Below are positions 1 through 8,001 of a stretch of 47,365 bases of DNA, piece after piece. Location of the stretch: assembly GCA_003176075.1 (NCBI GenBank), contig PSRN01000280.1:1-47365 (forward strand). The letters run 5' to 3'. Numbering within the stretch: position 1 is the first letter of the stretch; each line of letters begins with the position of its first letter. The position numbers and the translations under genes are program-made. Source of the DNA: Bdellovibrio sp. (GTDB taxonomy: Bacteria > Bdellovibrionota > Bdellovibrionia > Bdellovibrionales > Bdellovibrionaceae). Under the pieces are notes generated by a model. It saw only the letters and a list, made by a program, of their open reading frames with translations, made no database searches and was not told where the DNA came from.

Positions 1-898
1 CCGCCGCATCCGACGAACCATTAGAGGCATGAAGGCCACCGCCCGAATCCCCTCCAGCTCCGTCGTCGTTGACTTTGACTCCTTTCATGCCGTCCAATCC
101 GCCCGCCTTGATCGCGGCCTGTCCTTTTTGAAGAGCATCTTTCAGGGCGCCCATTTCACTCGACGACAGACCGCTTCCCGATCCATCCGACACCGCCGAG
201 GCCACATCGACGGTTCGACCGTCCGCCAGGGTGATTTTCTTCATGTCGGAGGAAAGTTTCGCGTCGGCAGCCCTCGCGGCGGCATGAAGGGTGGCCAGTG
301 TTGTCGTGTAGGCCGGAGAGGTCGTCACGCTGGGATTCGCACTCGACGTGTAGGCCGGAGTCACCGAGGCGACTTGACCGGCTGACTGGTTCTGCGCGTT
401 CGACATGTTCGCGGCCGTCATCAGCCCGGCCGCCGCTCCTAAAAGTGAACCAATGCAAAGCGCTTGCATACCGGGCTTGCCACAGGTCATCGCCGCCATT
501 CCGGCCATCACCCCGGCAGCCAAGGCTCCGGCGTTGGCGCCATTGCCTTGCTGCTGACCCGCATTTTGTCCGTTGTTTTGCACGCCGTAAGTCGTGTTGG
601 TCACTGCTGGCGGAGTATAAACCGACGGCGTATAGGCTTGATTGGTGGTTGAAGAAGTCGCCGTGCTGGTCGCCCCCGTCGAAGAGGTTTCCCCCGTCGG
701 ATGGACCGAAGCCCCTGTCACCACGATGGGGCTTGGATCCGCCAACGCGCTCCCCTGAAAAGCTGTAAGTGCCAGAAAGGGCGCCAGGAAAAGCGAAAGG
801 AAAAGCACCAAAGATCTGTGGAAGTGCCGACGGAGCCGCCCCGGGCGGCGGAGCTCGTGAAGGCACCGACGACTTGGAAATTGCCCGATTTTTCTCAC
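1..898 (-). CDS. Secreted low-complexity protein (Thr/Ser/Ala/Gly/Asn/Gln-rich), partial; the 3' end runs off the left edge
   Basis: Hand translation of the minus frame is open from 898 down to base 2 (299 codons, no stop). GTG at 898-896 sits 4 nt after GGGAGGG (rc of 903-909). An alternative GTG at 808-806 opens directly on the signal peptide VLFLSLFLAPFLALTAFQGSALA/DPSP. The gene is absent from the ORF track because it has no stop in the window. The listed ORF 156..866 is in another frame and looks spurious. Confidence 0.6.
   Translation of the reverse strand, partial: MRKIGQFPSRRCLHELRRPGRLRRHFHRSLVLFLSLFLAPFLALTAFQGSALADPSPIVVTGASVHPTGETSSTGATSTATSSTTNQAYTPSVYTPPAVTNTTYGVQNNGQNAGQQQGNGANAGALAAGVMAGMAAMTCGKPGMQALCIGSLLGAAAGLMTAANMSNAQNQSAGQVASVTPAYTSSANPSVTTSPAYTTTLATLHAAARAADAKLSSDMKKITLADGRTVDVASAVSDGSGSGLSSSEMGALKDALQKGQAAIKAGGLDGMKGVKVNDDGAGGDSGGGLHASNGSSDAA
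816..877 (-). repeat. Expanded (62-nt) copy of the hairpin element, with an inner GC hairpin inserted in the loop
   Basis: The rc reads CCAAGTCGTCGGTGCCTT[CACGAGCTCCGCCGCCCGGGGCGGCTCCGT]CGGCACTTCCACAG. The outer arms match the 30-nt consensus. The inner segment GCCGCC-CCG-GGCGGC (835-849) is self-complementary. Confidence 0.7.
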
Positions 899-917
899 TA
901 TACCCTCCCGTTGCGTT

Positions 918-2213
918 CTAATTGAAAATCAAACTCGGCCGAGTCGCATGATAACAGTCATTCACTTTTTCCCAGTTGGATCGTCCGGCGGCACCGGAGG
1001 CCGCTCCCGCGGGCTGTCTGCGAAGCACGAACTGGGACATCTTTCCTTTTCCTTTTGGTAAGGGTGACTCAGGATAACCACTACCGAATTTTCCATTCGA
1101 TCCGCCAGTGCCGTTGTAATCGCCGGCGTTGACTTGTAACTCAGCGGGTTTGGTCGCCGCTCCGTCTTGTCCCTTGCCAGCCGGCGGCTTGTTGCTGGTG
1201 GAGTCACCACCAGCGGGCGAGCCTGGCAGATTGCCGCCACCACCACCTCCCAAAGGCTTAGTGGGATCCGTGGCGCCTTGGCTGCCGCCCGGGCTCGACG
1301 GCGGCGAACTGCCGCCGCTGGTTCCCGCATGCGACGCCGTTGCATCGGCGGGAGTGTTGGTATTCTGGTTACAACCACGAGGATCTGACTGGCACTGGCA
1401 CTGTTGCGCGAAAGCCGGATCATTCGCGTAAGACGAGGGGACATTGCAGTTCTTGGCCGGCGCACACTGGGTCGCATAGTTGGGATTCGTGGCGCTGTTT
1501 GGATCCTGGCAGTTCACTTGGGTTGAGTTCTGCTGGCAATTTTGCATTGTCGCCGCCGCGAGAGCCACAGTGGCCAACAGCGCCGCAATGGCCCCGAGGT
1601 TTTGGCCGTAGTTGTCGCAATTTCCACCCGCTTGATCTCCGAATTCCTTGACCGACTTGGCGTTCTTCATGCACGCCTGTTGTTTTTTCTTGTCGGTCAC
1701 GCCAGAGCACTTGCTGGCGCCGTTCTTGGCATCATTGCAAGCACTCTTGCAACCGCCTTGGCCGGAACTGCAGTCGCCCTGAAAGGCCTTCAAGAGCCCC
1801 GTCAGCATTGGCAACAGCGCGGCCATGGCATTGCAGTTTTGATTCGGTGTGGAGCCAGGCATATTGCTCGCGCCTTGCTGTTGTTGCGTGGCCTGTTGCG
1901 AATTCGGATTTGTCTGGTTGTTACATTTATTCTCGGCGCCCTTGGCCGCCTCATTGCACTTCTTTGCTGCCTCTTTAAACTGCCCAGCCATGGGATCGTC
2001 GTCATCAAAACCATCGACGGTATTCTGATACTTGTCTCCAATTTTGTTTTGGTCGTAATAGTTGGCGTCTTTCTTTTGTTGCCCTCCTCCAAAAAAATCA
2101 GAAAAAAGACCGCCGCCACTGCTGCTGCTGCTGTCCGCAAAAGCTTGCGGTGGAATTCCACCCATCACCAACGAGCATGCGACAATGAGATGAATTTTCT
2201 TCTGAATGATCAT
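918..2213 (-). CDS. Secreted Cys/Gln/Asn/Gly-rich low-complexity protein, function unknown
   Basis: The internal ATG at 2213 opens on the signal peptide MIIQKKIHLIVACSLVMGGIPPQAFA, so the ORF-track start at 2354 is over-extended. The mature part has 17 Cys, mostly in xNC contexts, poly-Q/N/G tracts and two Ala-rich hydrophobic segments. Confidence 0.7.
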   Translation of the reverse strand: MIIQKKIHLIVACSLVMGGIPPQAFADSSSSSGGGLFSDFFGGGQQKKDANYYDQNKIGDKYQNTVDGFDDDDPMAGQFKEAAKKCNEAAKGAENKCNNQTNPNSQQATQQQQGASNMPGSTPNQNCNAMAALLPMLTGLLKAFQGDCSSGQGGCKSACNDAKNGASKCSGVTDKKKQQACMKNAKSVKEFGDQAGGNCDNYGQNLGAIAALLATVALAAATMQNCQQNSTQVNCQDPNSATNPNYATQCAPAKNCNVPSSYANDPAFAQQCQCQSDPRGCNQNTNTPADATASHAGTSGGSSPPSSPGGSQGATDPTKPLGGGGGGNLPGSPAGGDSTSNKPPAGKGQDGAATKPAELQVNAGDYNGTGGSNGKFGSGYPESPLPKGKGKMSQFVLRRQPAGAASGAAGRSNWEKVNDCYHATRPSLIFN

Positions 2214-2398
2214 CCTGAGAAATGTCTTCTGGAGGACTGTCTTCCAGAAAAATGACTGCCAAAACTGACGAACGTGATGATTCCCCATGTAACCGTACCC
2301 CATGGGACCATTATCCTTGATCTGGTTTTGTTTCCAGAACCCAAAATGATCCATGTCTCACAACGAGACAGAGGCTTGGAAATGAGCAATTCAAAGTG

Positions 2399-2913
2399 TC
2401 ACTTCAAACTATACTCTGTCCAAGCGTTCAACAGGCCTTCCCGCAATTCCTGGAGAGATGCTGTCAGAAGAATTTTTGAAACCTTTGAAGCTCACTCAGA
2501 AGGCATTCGCGAATCACATCGATGTCGATATCAAAACGGTGAACCGTTTGATTAAAGGACACGCTGCTGTTACACCAGAACTCGCTGTGACTGCCGGTGT
2601 AGCTCGTTAAGGTTTCCCTTGGTCATTGAATCGGATGGTCTTTAACTTCGGCCGGCAAGTCTTGGGTGAGACAACCGGGGGGCAGATACATATGGCAAGT
2701 GGGCCGGACACACGGAGATCAATTTGCCAAATGGAGCTTTGCGGGGAGCTCGCCGATTTTCCCTTCCCACCCGCGGCACTTATTATACGGGACAACCAAA
2801 GTCCCTCCAAGTGGGCACCTGCCAGCTCGTACAGAGGCGAGGGGAGGACTCAGCATATTGAAGAGTCTATTCGAGACTCCCTCGCCGCCAAACTCAAGAT
2901 TATCCCTTACAAG
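2399..2913 (-). pseudogene. Decayed second copy of the last ~27 codons of the TadG-like gene, split by a ~434-bp insertion
   Basis: Region 2399-2436 (rc: LLNAWTEYSLK-stop) matches 3032-3070 (PLSNAWTEDSFK-stop). Region 2871-2913 (rc: DNLEFGGEGVS) matches 3073-3116 (SDLEFGGEGVS). Nucleotide identity is about 80-85% by eye, with one 1-nt indel. Confidence 0.55.
2434..2610 (+). pseudogene. HigA-like HTH antitoxin remnant, truncated at the C-terminus with no partner toxin
   Basis: Hand translation gives GLPAIPGEMLSEEFLKPLKLTQKAFANHIDVDIKTVNRLIKGHAAVTPELAVTAGVAR-stop. The PGE(I/M)L..EFL motif and the HTH resemble the HigA family. Only 51 codons follow the ATG at 2458, and the usual C-terminal ~35 aa are missing. 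Confidence 0.5.
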
Positions 2914-3031
2914 CAGCAGTTGATTTTTCTAACTGACTGGGCCCTCGGTTGCAATAACGGAGCTTCCACAGCAGTATGTGCAACTGCCCCCTTGAGGTTC
3001 TCCCGCTTGATTTGATCGATATTTTTCGCCA

Positions 3032-5251
3032 CTACTTGAAACTGTCCTCTGTCCAAGCGTTCGATAGCGGACCCGAGACACCCTCGCCACCAAACTCAAG
3101 GTCACTCCCTTGCAAATACTCACCGTCCACCATTTTCACTGAATAACCGGTGCGGCCTCCCGCAAAGCAGTTTCCGGGAACCGCCGCGTTGGGAGGCTGG
3201 GCGTCGTTGATGACGAATCTTTCCTGGCATTGGCCAAACCGGTCCACTGGATCCAAACGATAATCACCCGGCTGGGTCATGTGCCAGCTCGTCAGTGTTT
3301 CGATGAATGCGGTGGTGGCTCCTTGATTGGCGCCGATATAATAAGAGAGCATATTCCAGGGGTAAATGTTGTTGGTTCGCGAGAAAACAATCTGATCCCG
3401 CACGGTCATGGACTCGTAGGGTTGGCCAGCTCCCTTGCGATACCCCAGATCACCCCGCACCTGTGTGTTGGCGAAATCGTCCCGGTTCATCAACCTCACC
3501 GCATAGTTGCGCCAAAAATCCGGCTCTATGGAATAATAGGTGATGTCGAACTGGTCAGGAATCACAAAGGCAATTTCCAAGTCACGGAGTGCAACCGTTT
3601 TGTTGCCTTGACTGTCCCACGCCAAAATATCACCAGTGCTGGCGGGATCACTCAGGTCCGTGCTCGAGATTAGGTGATTGTAGTAATCCCACTTGGCTTG
3701 CGTCGGCGGCTGATTGCGCTGCCAGATGGCGGAAGTGACTTGCCCCATGGAAAGCGTGCTCTTGGTGCCGATCTGGTCGCCGGTGTAGCGGCTGAAATCG
3801 GCTTGCAGGCTATCATTCGACACCGCGGGCGGAGCCTCGCCCGAAACCATGCGGGGCGGAAGATTAGGATCGATCTTGTCAGCGCCTTGCGAAGCGGCGG
3901 CTCCCTGCGGCCATTCGCGGTAGTACCAGGGACCGATACGGCCGCCGAAGGGCTTGGCGAAAGCACGCGCGGTGAGTTTCACCGCGCCGAAGGGACTGAA
4001 AGGAATTTTCGGCGACGTGGTCGCTTGCACTCCCACATAGGCCGCGCACCAGGGATTTTTTTCGTAACCCACGGTCGTATGCCAAAGGCGATTCGCGGGA
4101 GCATTGAGGTCATTGGGATCGGTGATCAAATTGACCAATTGATCAATCATCGCGGGGTCCAATCCGTCGCCGTATCGCGGTTTGCTGAAGGTGCCTCCCG
4201 CATTGATAATTCTCGGTTCAAAGCCGATGCTTGTATGGCCGTCGCAATCGCCTTCAAGATAGACATACAAAGGGGTCAGGAAAATTTCATTCAACCACTT
4301 GGGCGGGATCTGGTCATTGCCGTCGGTGCCTTGGCAGGCGGTTTCTCCGAGAGCGTTGTAGAACGTGAAGGAGCCCTGATTTCCCCCGGCTCCTCCCGCC
4401 CGGGATCCGGTTTCCGCTTGATTGATGTCTATTTGTTCCTGGTTTTGCGCCGTCAAGTTCTTGTAGAATGTTGTCGCGGCCCCGGCGCGAACCGAATCAC
4501 CGTCGATATCACGAAGATCGGTGGTGGAATAACTGATATCGTTGGCCAGGTGGTTGAGGACCTGTTTGCGGTTTTTCATTTCCTGGCGATAGGCAAGGAT
4601 AAAGCGGGCCAGAGCAAACCAAGTCAGACTCGAGCTGATCCGGCACTGCCTCTTGGTCTTGTCGACCAGATTGCGTGAGGCATCTTCGATGGATCTGGCG
4701 AGACTTCCGAGAATTCCCTCCGCCAAGCCGAAATTAATCCCGTTTTCCGAGGGAATTCCAAGCAACGGGATATTGACCCCCGCGCACATATCCCGGCAGT
4801 AGTCTTCGTTGGGTTCCATCAAGTCAAAAACGGGATAGTTGATGCAAAAACTCGTGGGACAAACTTGACCATTGGCCGCCGTAAAGGGCTGGTCCACCGA
4901 GCCTGGCCCCCGCAACGTCTTATTCACCGAATCGTAAGGATGATTGATAGTGTCGCCGGCCATGCCGAGCATCCGATAGCGCCAAACCATCAGCTTCCAA
5001 GCTTGCCGGAGTTGATAATTCACGTGCGCAATGGCGTTCATGGACTCGGCCTGCTTCATGGCGCCATAGTAGGCGGCAAGATCCACCGAGTTTTGCAGAT
5101 TGATTTTGTGATGGACCAGAAGACCGACGTTGACCACCATGGCGAAGAACACAAAAAGAACCTGGAATATCAAAGCGACGAATATGGCGATTTGTCCGCG
5201 ATCTCCGGTGGAGCCCCCGCGTTGGCCTTTGGCAGTGATCATAGTCATCAT
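3032..5251 (-). CDS. TadG-like large Flp-pilus-associated protein (739 aa)
   Basis: ATG at 5251 lies 5 nt after GAGGG, so the ORF-track TTG at 5314 is over-extended. The N-terminus GQIAIFVALIFQVLFVFFAMVVNVGLLVHHKINLQNSVDLAAYYGA is the typical TadE/TadG-like N-terminal segment. A large soluble domain follows. Confidence 0.7.
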   Translation of the reverse strand: MMTMITAKGQRGGSTGDRGQIAIFVALIFQVLFVFFAMVVNVGLLVHHKINLQNSVDLAAYYGAMKQAESMNAIAHVNYQLRQAWKLMVWRYRMLGMAGDTINHPYDSVNKTLRGPGSVDQPFTAANGQVCPTSFCINYPVFDLMEPNEDYCRDMCAGVNIPLLGIPSENGINFGLAEGILGSLARSIEDASRNLVDKTKRQCRISSSLTWFALARFILAYRQEMKNRKQVLNHLANDISYSTTDLRDIDGDSVRAGAATTFYKNLTAQNQEQIDINQAETGSRAGGAGGNQGSFTFYNALGETACQGTDGNDQIPPKWLNEIFLTPLYVYLEGDCDGHTSIGFEPRIINAGGTFSKPRYGDGLDPAMIDQLVNLITDPNDLNAPANRLWHTTVGYEKNPWCAAYVGVQATTSPKIPFSPFGAVKLTARAFAKPFGGRIGPWYYREWPQGAAASQGADKIDPNLPPRMVSGEAPPAVSNDSLQADFSRYTGDQIGTKSTLSMGQVTSAIWQRNQPPTQAKWDYYNHLISSTDLSDPASTGDILAWDSQGNKTVALRDLEIAFVIPDQFDITYYSIEPDFWRNYAVRLMNRDDFANTQVRGDLGYRKGAGQPYESMTVRDQIVFSRTNNIYPWNMLSYYIGANQGATTAFIETLTSWHMTQPGDYRLDPVDRFGQCQERFVINDAQPPNAAVPGNCFAGGRTGYSVKMVDGEYLQGSDLEFGGEGVSGPLSNAWTEDSFK

Positions 5252-5342
5252 TTTCCCTCGGATCTCAGACCGCCACAAGAAGCGAAAGGGGTTTTGACTT
5301 CCTCGCGGGGCCAAGTCAGACTTTTGGAACGAAATAACGGCA

Positions 5343-5372
5343 CTGCGGAGGTGCCGAAGGCACCAACTTGGA
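5343..5372 (-). repeat. Hairpin element copy, sense with the TadG-like gene
   Basis: The rc reads TCCAAGTTGGTGCCTTCGGCACCTCCGCAG followed by TG. It lies 91 nt upstream of ATG 5251, in the divergent intergenic region. Confidence 0.8.
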
Positions 5373-5383
5373 GAGGCTCGACC

Positions 5384-6349
5384 ATGGTCGGTTCGCTGAA
5401 TTCGCGTAAACCATTACTGTCTTCCCTATTGATGGTCGCGGCATTGATTCTTTTTTGCGGTCAACCGTCCCATTCCGAGACACTGTTTGAAGGTTACTAC
5501 AGGGTTTTCCGGTCCGGGCAACACGTCGGTTTCTTTATTATGCGGCACCGCTTTGAGCCGGTGGAGGGGAAGAAAAAGAAGTTCAAGTTCACGTCCACCA
5601 CATTTATGAAAACGGTGGGAGAAGATGGCGAGGACACCGAAAGCATCAAAGCCGTCTGCGACGAAAATCTGGTGCCGCTCAGTTATTCCTATACCGCTCT
5701 TTCGGGAAAAAAAACCCGCACCATTGACGCCACTTTCGCTGACGGCAAGTACACGGCCCACATCAAGAACAACGGGCAAGACGAAAAAATTCAAAAGCCG
5801 TTGCCCACAGGGGTTTTTCTCAGCCAGTTCCTGCTTCACTATATTTTGCGGACGAAACAAGGCTTAAAGCCAAACCTCAGAGTTTCGTACCGTGCCTTGG
5901 CCGAGGAATTCGGCGAAGTGAAAGATGGAGTCGCCACGACAAAGGATTACGAAGTCCAAGAGGGACTGCGGGTCTTGCGCGTCGAAAACACCTTCCTGGG
6001 TCAAAACTCCATCAACTTTGTTTCCGAAAAAGGCGAAATCATATCGACCCACATGACCGAAACAAAGATGGCTCTTGAACTGACCGCGAGCCCCTCAACG
6101 GCGACCGCTGATTTCAAGGTTCCAAGCCCCGTGCTTGCTGGACTCTTCGGTGAAGTGCCGACGGGCCAAAAAAATATCCTTTCGCAAATCAAACATGAAG
6201 AAGTGCAGGTGCCAAAGCCAATCATTCCCGAGGGCGCGACCAAACAGCAAGGGGTCCCGGCTGGTAAAGGAATCCAGCTCAAAGCGAAAATTCCACGGGA
6301 TGAACCGCCAAACCCGCCGGCTTCCGACTCCGCCAAGGACCCCCAATGA
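5384..6349 (+). CDS. Hypothetical secreted protein
   Basis: ATG at 5384 lies 7 nt after GGAGAGG. The signal peptide is MVGSLNSRKPLLSSLLMVAALILFCGQPSHS. The ORF-track start at 4865 runs antisense through the TadG-like gene and is over-extended. Confidence 0.65.
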   Translation: MVGSLNSRKPLLSSLLMVAALILFCGQPSHSETLFEGYYRVFRSGQHVGFFIMRHRFEPVEGKKKKFKFTSTTFMKTVGEDGEDTESIKAVCDENLVPLSYSYTALSGKKTRTIDATFADGKYTAHIKNNGQDEKIQKPLPTGVFLSQFLLHYILRTKQGLKPNLRVSYRALAEEFGEVKDGVATTKDYEVQEGLRVLRVENTFLGQNSINFVSEKGEIISTHMTETKMALELTASPSTATADFKVPSPVLAGLFGEVPTGQKNILSQIKHEEVQVPKPIIPEGATKQQGVPAGKGIQLKAKIPRDEPPNPPASDSAKDPQ

Positions 6350-6353
6350 CTGG

Positions 6354-6418
6354 CCAAGCCGGTACCTTCGGCGTGGGCGGCGTGGGCGGCCCGGCCGCCA
6401 CGGGCGTCACCTCCGCAG
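6354..6418 (+). repeat. Expanded (65-nt) copy of the hairpin element
   Basis: The sequence is CCAAGCCGGTACCTTCGGCG[TGGGCGGCGTGGGCGGCCCGGCCGCCACGGG]CGTCACCTCCGCAG, followed by TG ATG. The inner segment CGTGGGCGGC-CCG-GCCGCCACG is a hairpin. The outer stem is degenerate. Confidence 0.6.
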
Positions 6419-6420
6419 TG

Positions 6421-7509
6421 ATGACTCTGGAAAAGCTGGCCGGTCATCATCTGATCATGGGGCTATCGGGTCCCACCTTAAGCGCCGAAGAAAGACGCTT
6501 TCTTGTGGATTACGACATCGCCGGGGTCATTCTGTTTCCCCGCAATCTGAATTCCCCGCAACAGATCTATGACCTCACGGCCGAGATCCAGTCCCTGAGT
6601 TCGAAAACCGTTTCGGGACTTCCCTTGTTTGTGTCCATTGATATGGAAGGCGGAAGGGTCGCCCGCTTGAAAGAGCCCTTCACCCAATGGCCGCCACTGC
6701 GCCAGCTGGGCATCGGCGATTCCGCCCAATTGGCATTTGATATGAGTTTAGCCATGGGAGTTGAACTTGGCGCGGTCGGCATCAATCTTGATTTTGCGCC
6801 TGTCCTGGACATTCTGACGAATCCGGAAAACACGGTCATTGGCGACAGAGCCGTCAGCGACACCAGCGAAAGAGTCATGAAACTGGGTTCGGCGCTGGTG
6901 CGTGGCTACCTCAAGTCGGGGATCATTCCTTGCGGCAAGCATTTCCCCGGCCACGGCAACACACTGGTCGATAGCCACGAAGACCTGCCCGTCGAGCAGA
7001 CCGACCTTGAGCGCCTTCGCGCCGTCGAACTTAAGCCCTTTCTGCGCGCCTTTCGGTCGGGATTGGAAATGGTCATGAGCTCGCACATTTTGTTTCCCCG
7101 GATCGATCCCGAGTGGCCGGTGACTTTGTCAGAGATTTTTTTGCGCCGGATTTTAAGGGAAGAACTGCGCTATCGGCATTTAGTCATCAGCGATGACTTG
7201 GATATGAAGGCTCTGTCAAACCATTACGACCCCCGCCTCGTTCCGGTGCGGGCCCTTCAGGCGGGGATCGACCTCCTGCTTTATTGCAATGATCCGAGCT
7301 CACCGGAGCGAGCCATCGATGCCATCTGCAAGGCGGTGGTCGACGGCTGGCTCGACCGGCGACAGTTGGAAGAGAGCTTTGGGCGGATCGAGCAATTCAA
7401 GCGCGAGCATCCGGGGGCCAAACCACGACCCGCAAAGGAAACGGCTCTTCGACTTGTCGGCGCGGCCGAGCACCTGGAATTGGCGGCGACGATTCGGCGA
7501 TATACCTGA
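6421..7509 (+). CDS. nagZ: Beta-N-acetylhexosaminidase NagZ (GH3)
   Basis: GH3 motifs are present: GINLDFAPVLDI, KHFPGHG and DDLDMKAL. The N-terminus MTLEKLAGHHLIMGLSGPTL matches typical NagZ starts. An alternative SD-supported start at 6346 would add 25 residues encoded by the repeat element. Confidence 0.85.
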   Translation: MTLEKLAGHHLIMGLSGPTLSAEERRFLVDYDIAGVILFPRNLNSPQQIYDLTAEIQSLSSKTVSGLPLFVSIDMEGGRVARLKEPFTQWPPLRQLGIGDSAQLAFDMSLAMGVELGAVGINLDFAPVLDILTNPENTVIGDRAVSDTSERVMKLGSALVRGYLKSGIIPCGKHFPGHGNTLVDSHEDLPVEQTDLERLRAVELKPFLRAFRSGLEMVMSSHILFPRIDPEWPVTLSEIFLRRILREELRYRHLVISDDLDMKALSNHYDPRLVPVRALQAGIDLLLYCNDPSSPERAIDAICKAVVDGWLDRRQLEESFGRIEQFKREHPGAKPRPAKETALRLVGAAEHLELAATIRRYT

Positions 7510-7684
7510 GGCATTCGAAGTGGGCGATCGGCCTTGGAATCCAAGATGTTGCAATAACTAAGTATATTGTTGTAGAGTGTACTTCATATGGGACGCCATA
7601 CAGTGTACTGATGCTTCTTTCTTGAGAGACAAAATCACTGTGTCGAGGCACAGCTGAGAAACCTTCAAAATTCATCAACATAAT

Positions 7685-7713
7685 TTGACACGTGTATAGT
7701 CATGTGTCATACT
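7685..7713 (+). promoter_or_regulatory. Sigma70-like promoter with an overlapping inverted-repeat operator for the Phd/VapC pair
   Basis: The promoter is TTGACA (7685-7690), a 17-nt spacer, then CATACT (7708-7713). The inverted repeat TGACACGTG (7686-7694) / CATGTGTCA (7701-7709) matches 8 of 9 positions. It lies 25 nt upstream of the antitoxin ATG. Confidence 0.45.
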
Positions 7714-7737
7714 AGTGTTCATTGCGGAGAAAATCTT

Positions 7738-8001
7738 ATGGTAAAAACCAATGCCTTACAGTTAAGGCAGTCCCTCGGTTCGATTCTCAAAAAGTTACAG
7801 GCCGGGAAGGGGCCGATTTTAATTGAACGCAACTCCAAGCCCGCGGCGGTCTTGATCACATTGGAAGATTATCAAAAAAGATTTGTCGATCGGGAAGCGG
7901 ATGAAAAGCGCAAAGAACTTGTTTCTAGAATTAAGCAGTTGCGAACTGATCTTCCTAGCGAATTGAAGTCCATTGATCTCATTCGTGAGATCCGTAAATG
8001 A
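7738..8001 (+). CDS. Phd/YefM-family antitoxin
   Basis: ATG at 7738 lies 8 nt after GGAGA. The sequence MVKTNALQLRQSLGSILKKLQAGKGPILIERNSKPAAVLITLEDYQ is typical of Phd/YefM. Its stop overlaps the VapC start (ATGA). Confidence 0.8.
   Translation: MVKTNALQLRQSLGSILKKLQAGKGPILIERNSKPAAVLITLEDYQKRFVDREADEKRKELVSRIKQLRTDLPSELKSIDLIREIRK

Noticed and set aside
156-866. ORF-track entries 156..866 (-), 29..385 (+) and 298..768 (+) at the left end
   Set aside because: The translations are Arg/Gly/Ser-rich with no protein-like pattern. A different minus frame carries an SD, a signal peptide and 299 open codons. These ORFs are GC-rich shadow frames.
2807-2825. Partial or collapsed look-alikes of the hairpin element: CCAAGTGGGCACCTGCCAG (2807-2825), GGCACTCCCCCGCAG (11744-11758), CCCAGGTCGGGGCGG (34201-34215), rc CCAAGTCCCCCCGCAG (34236-34251), CCAAGTCGCTGCAGGCGACC (46939-46958), CCGCCCAAGCTGAC (around 30160)
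   Set aside because: Each matches only one half or lacks the stem, and several lie inside coding sequence. The hexamers CCAAGT and CCGCAG are expected many times by chance. They may be relics, but I cannot support that by eye.
3674-4678. Long antisense or alternate-frame ORFs inside well-supported genes, e.g. 3674..4678, 4865..5383, 16471..17346, 17318..17896, 23564..24301, 27938..28546, 28543..29166, 40645..41115, 45403..45930
   Set aside because: They lie within genes that have clear family motifs on the other strand or frame. Their compositions are Arg/Gly/His-biased, typical of shadow ORFs in 55% GC DNA.
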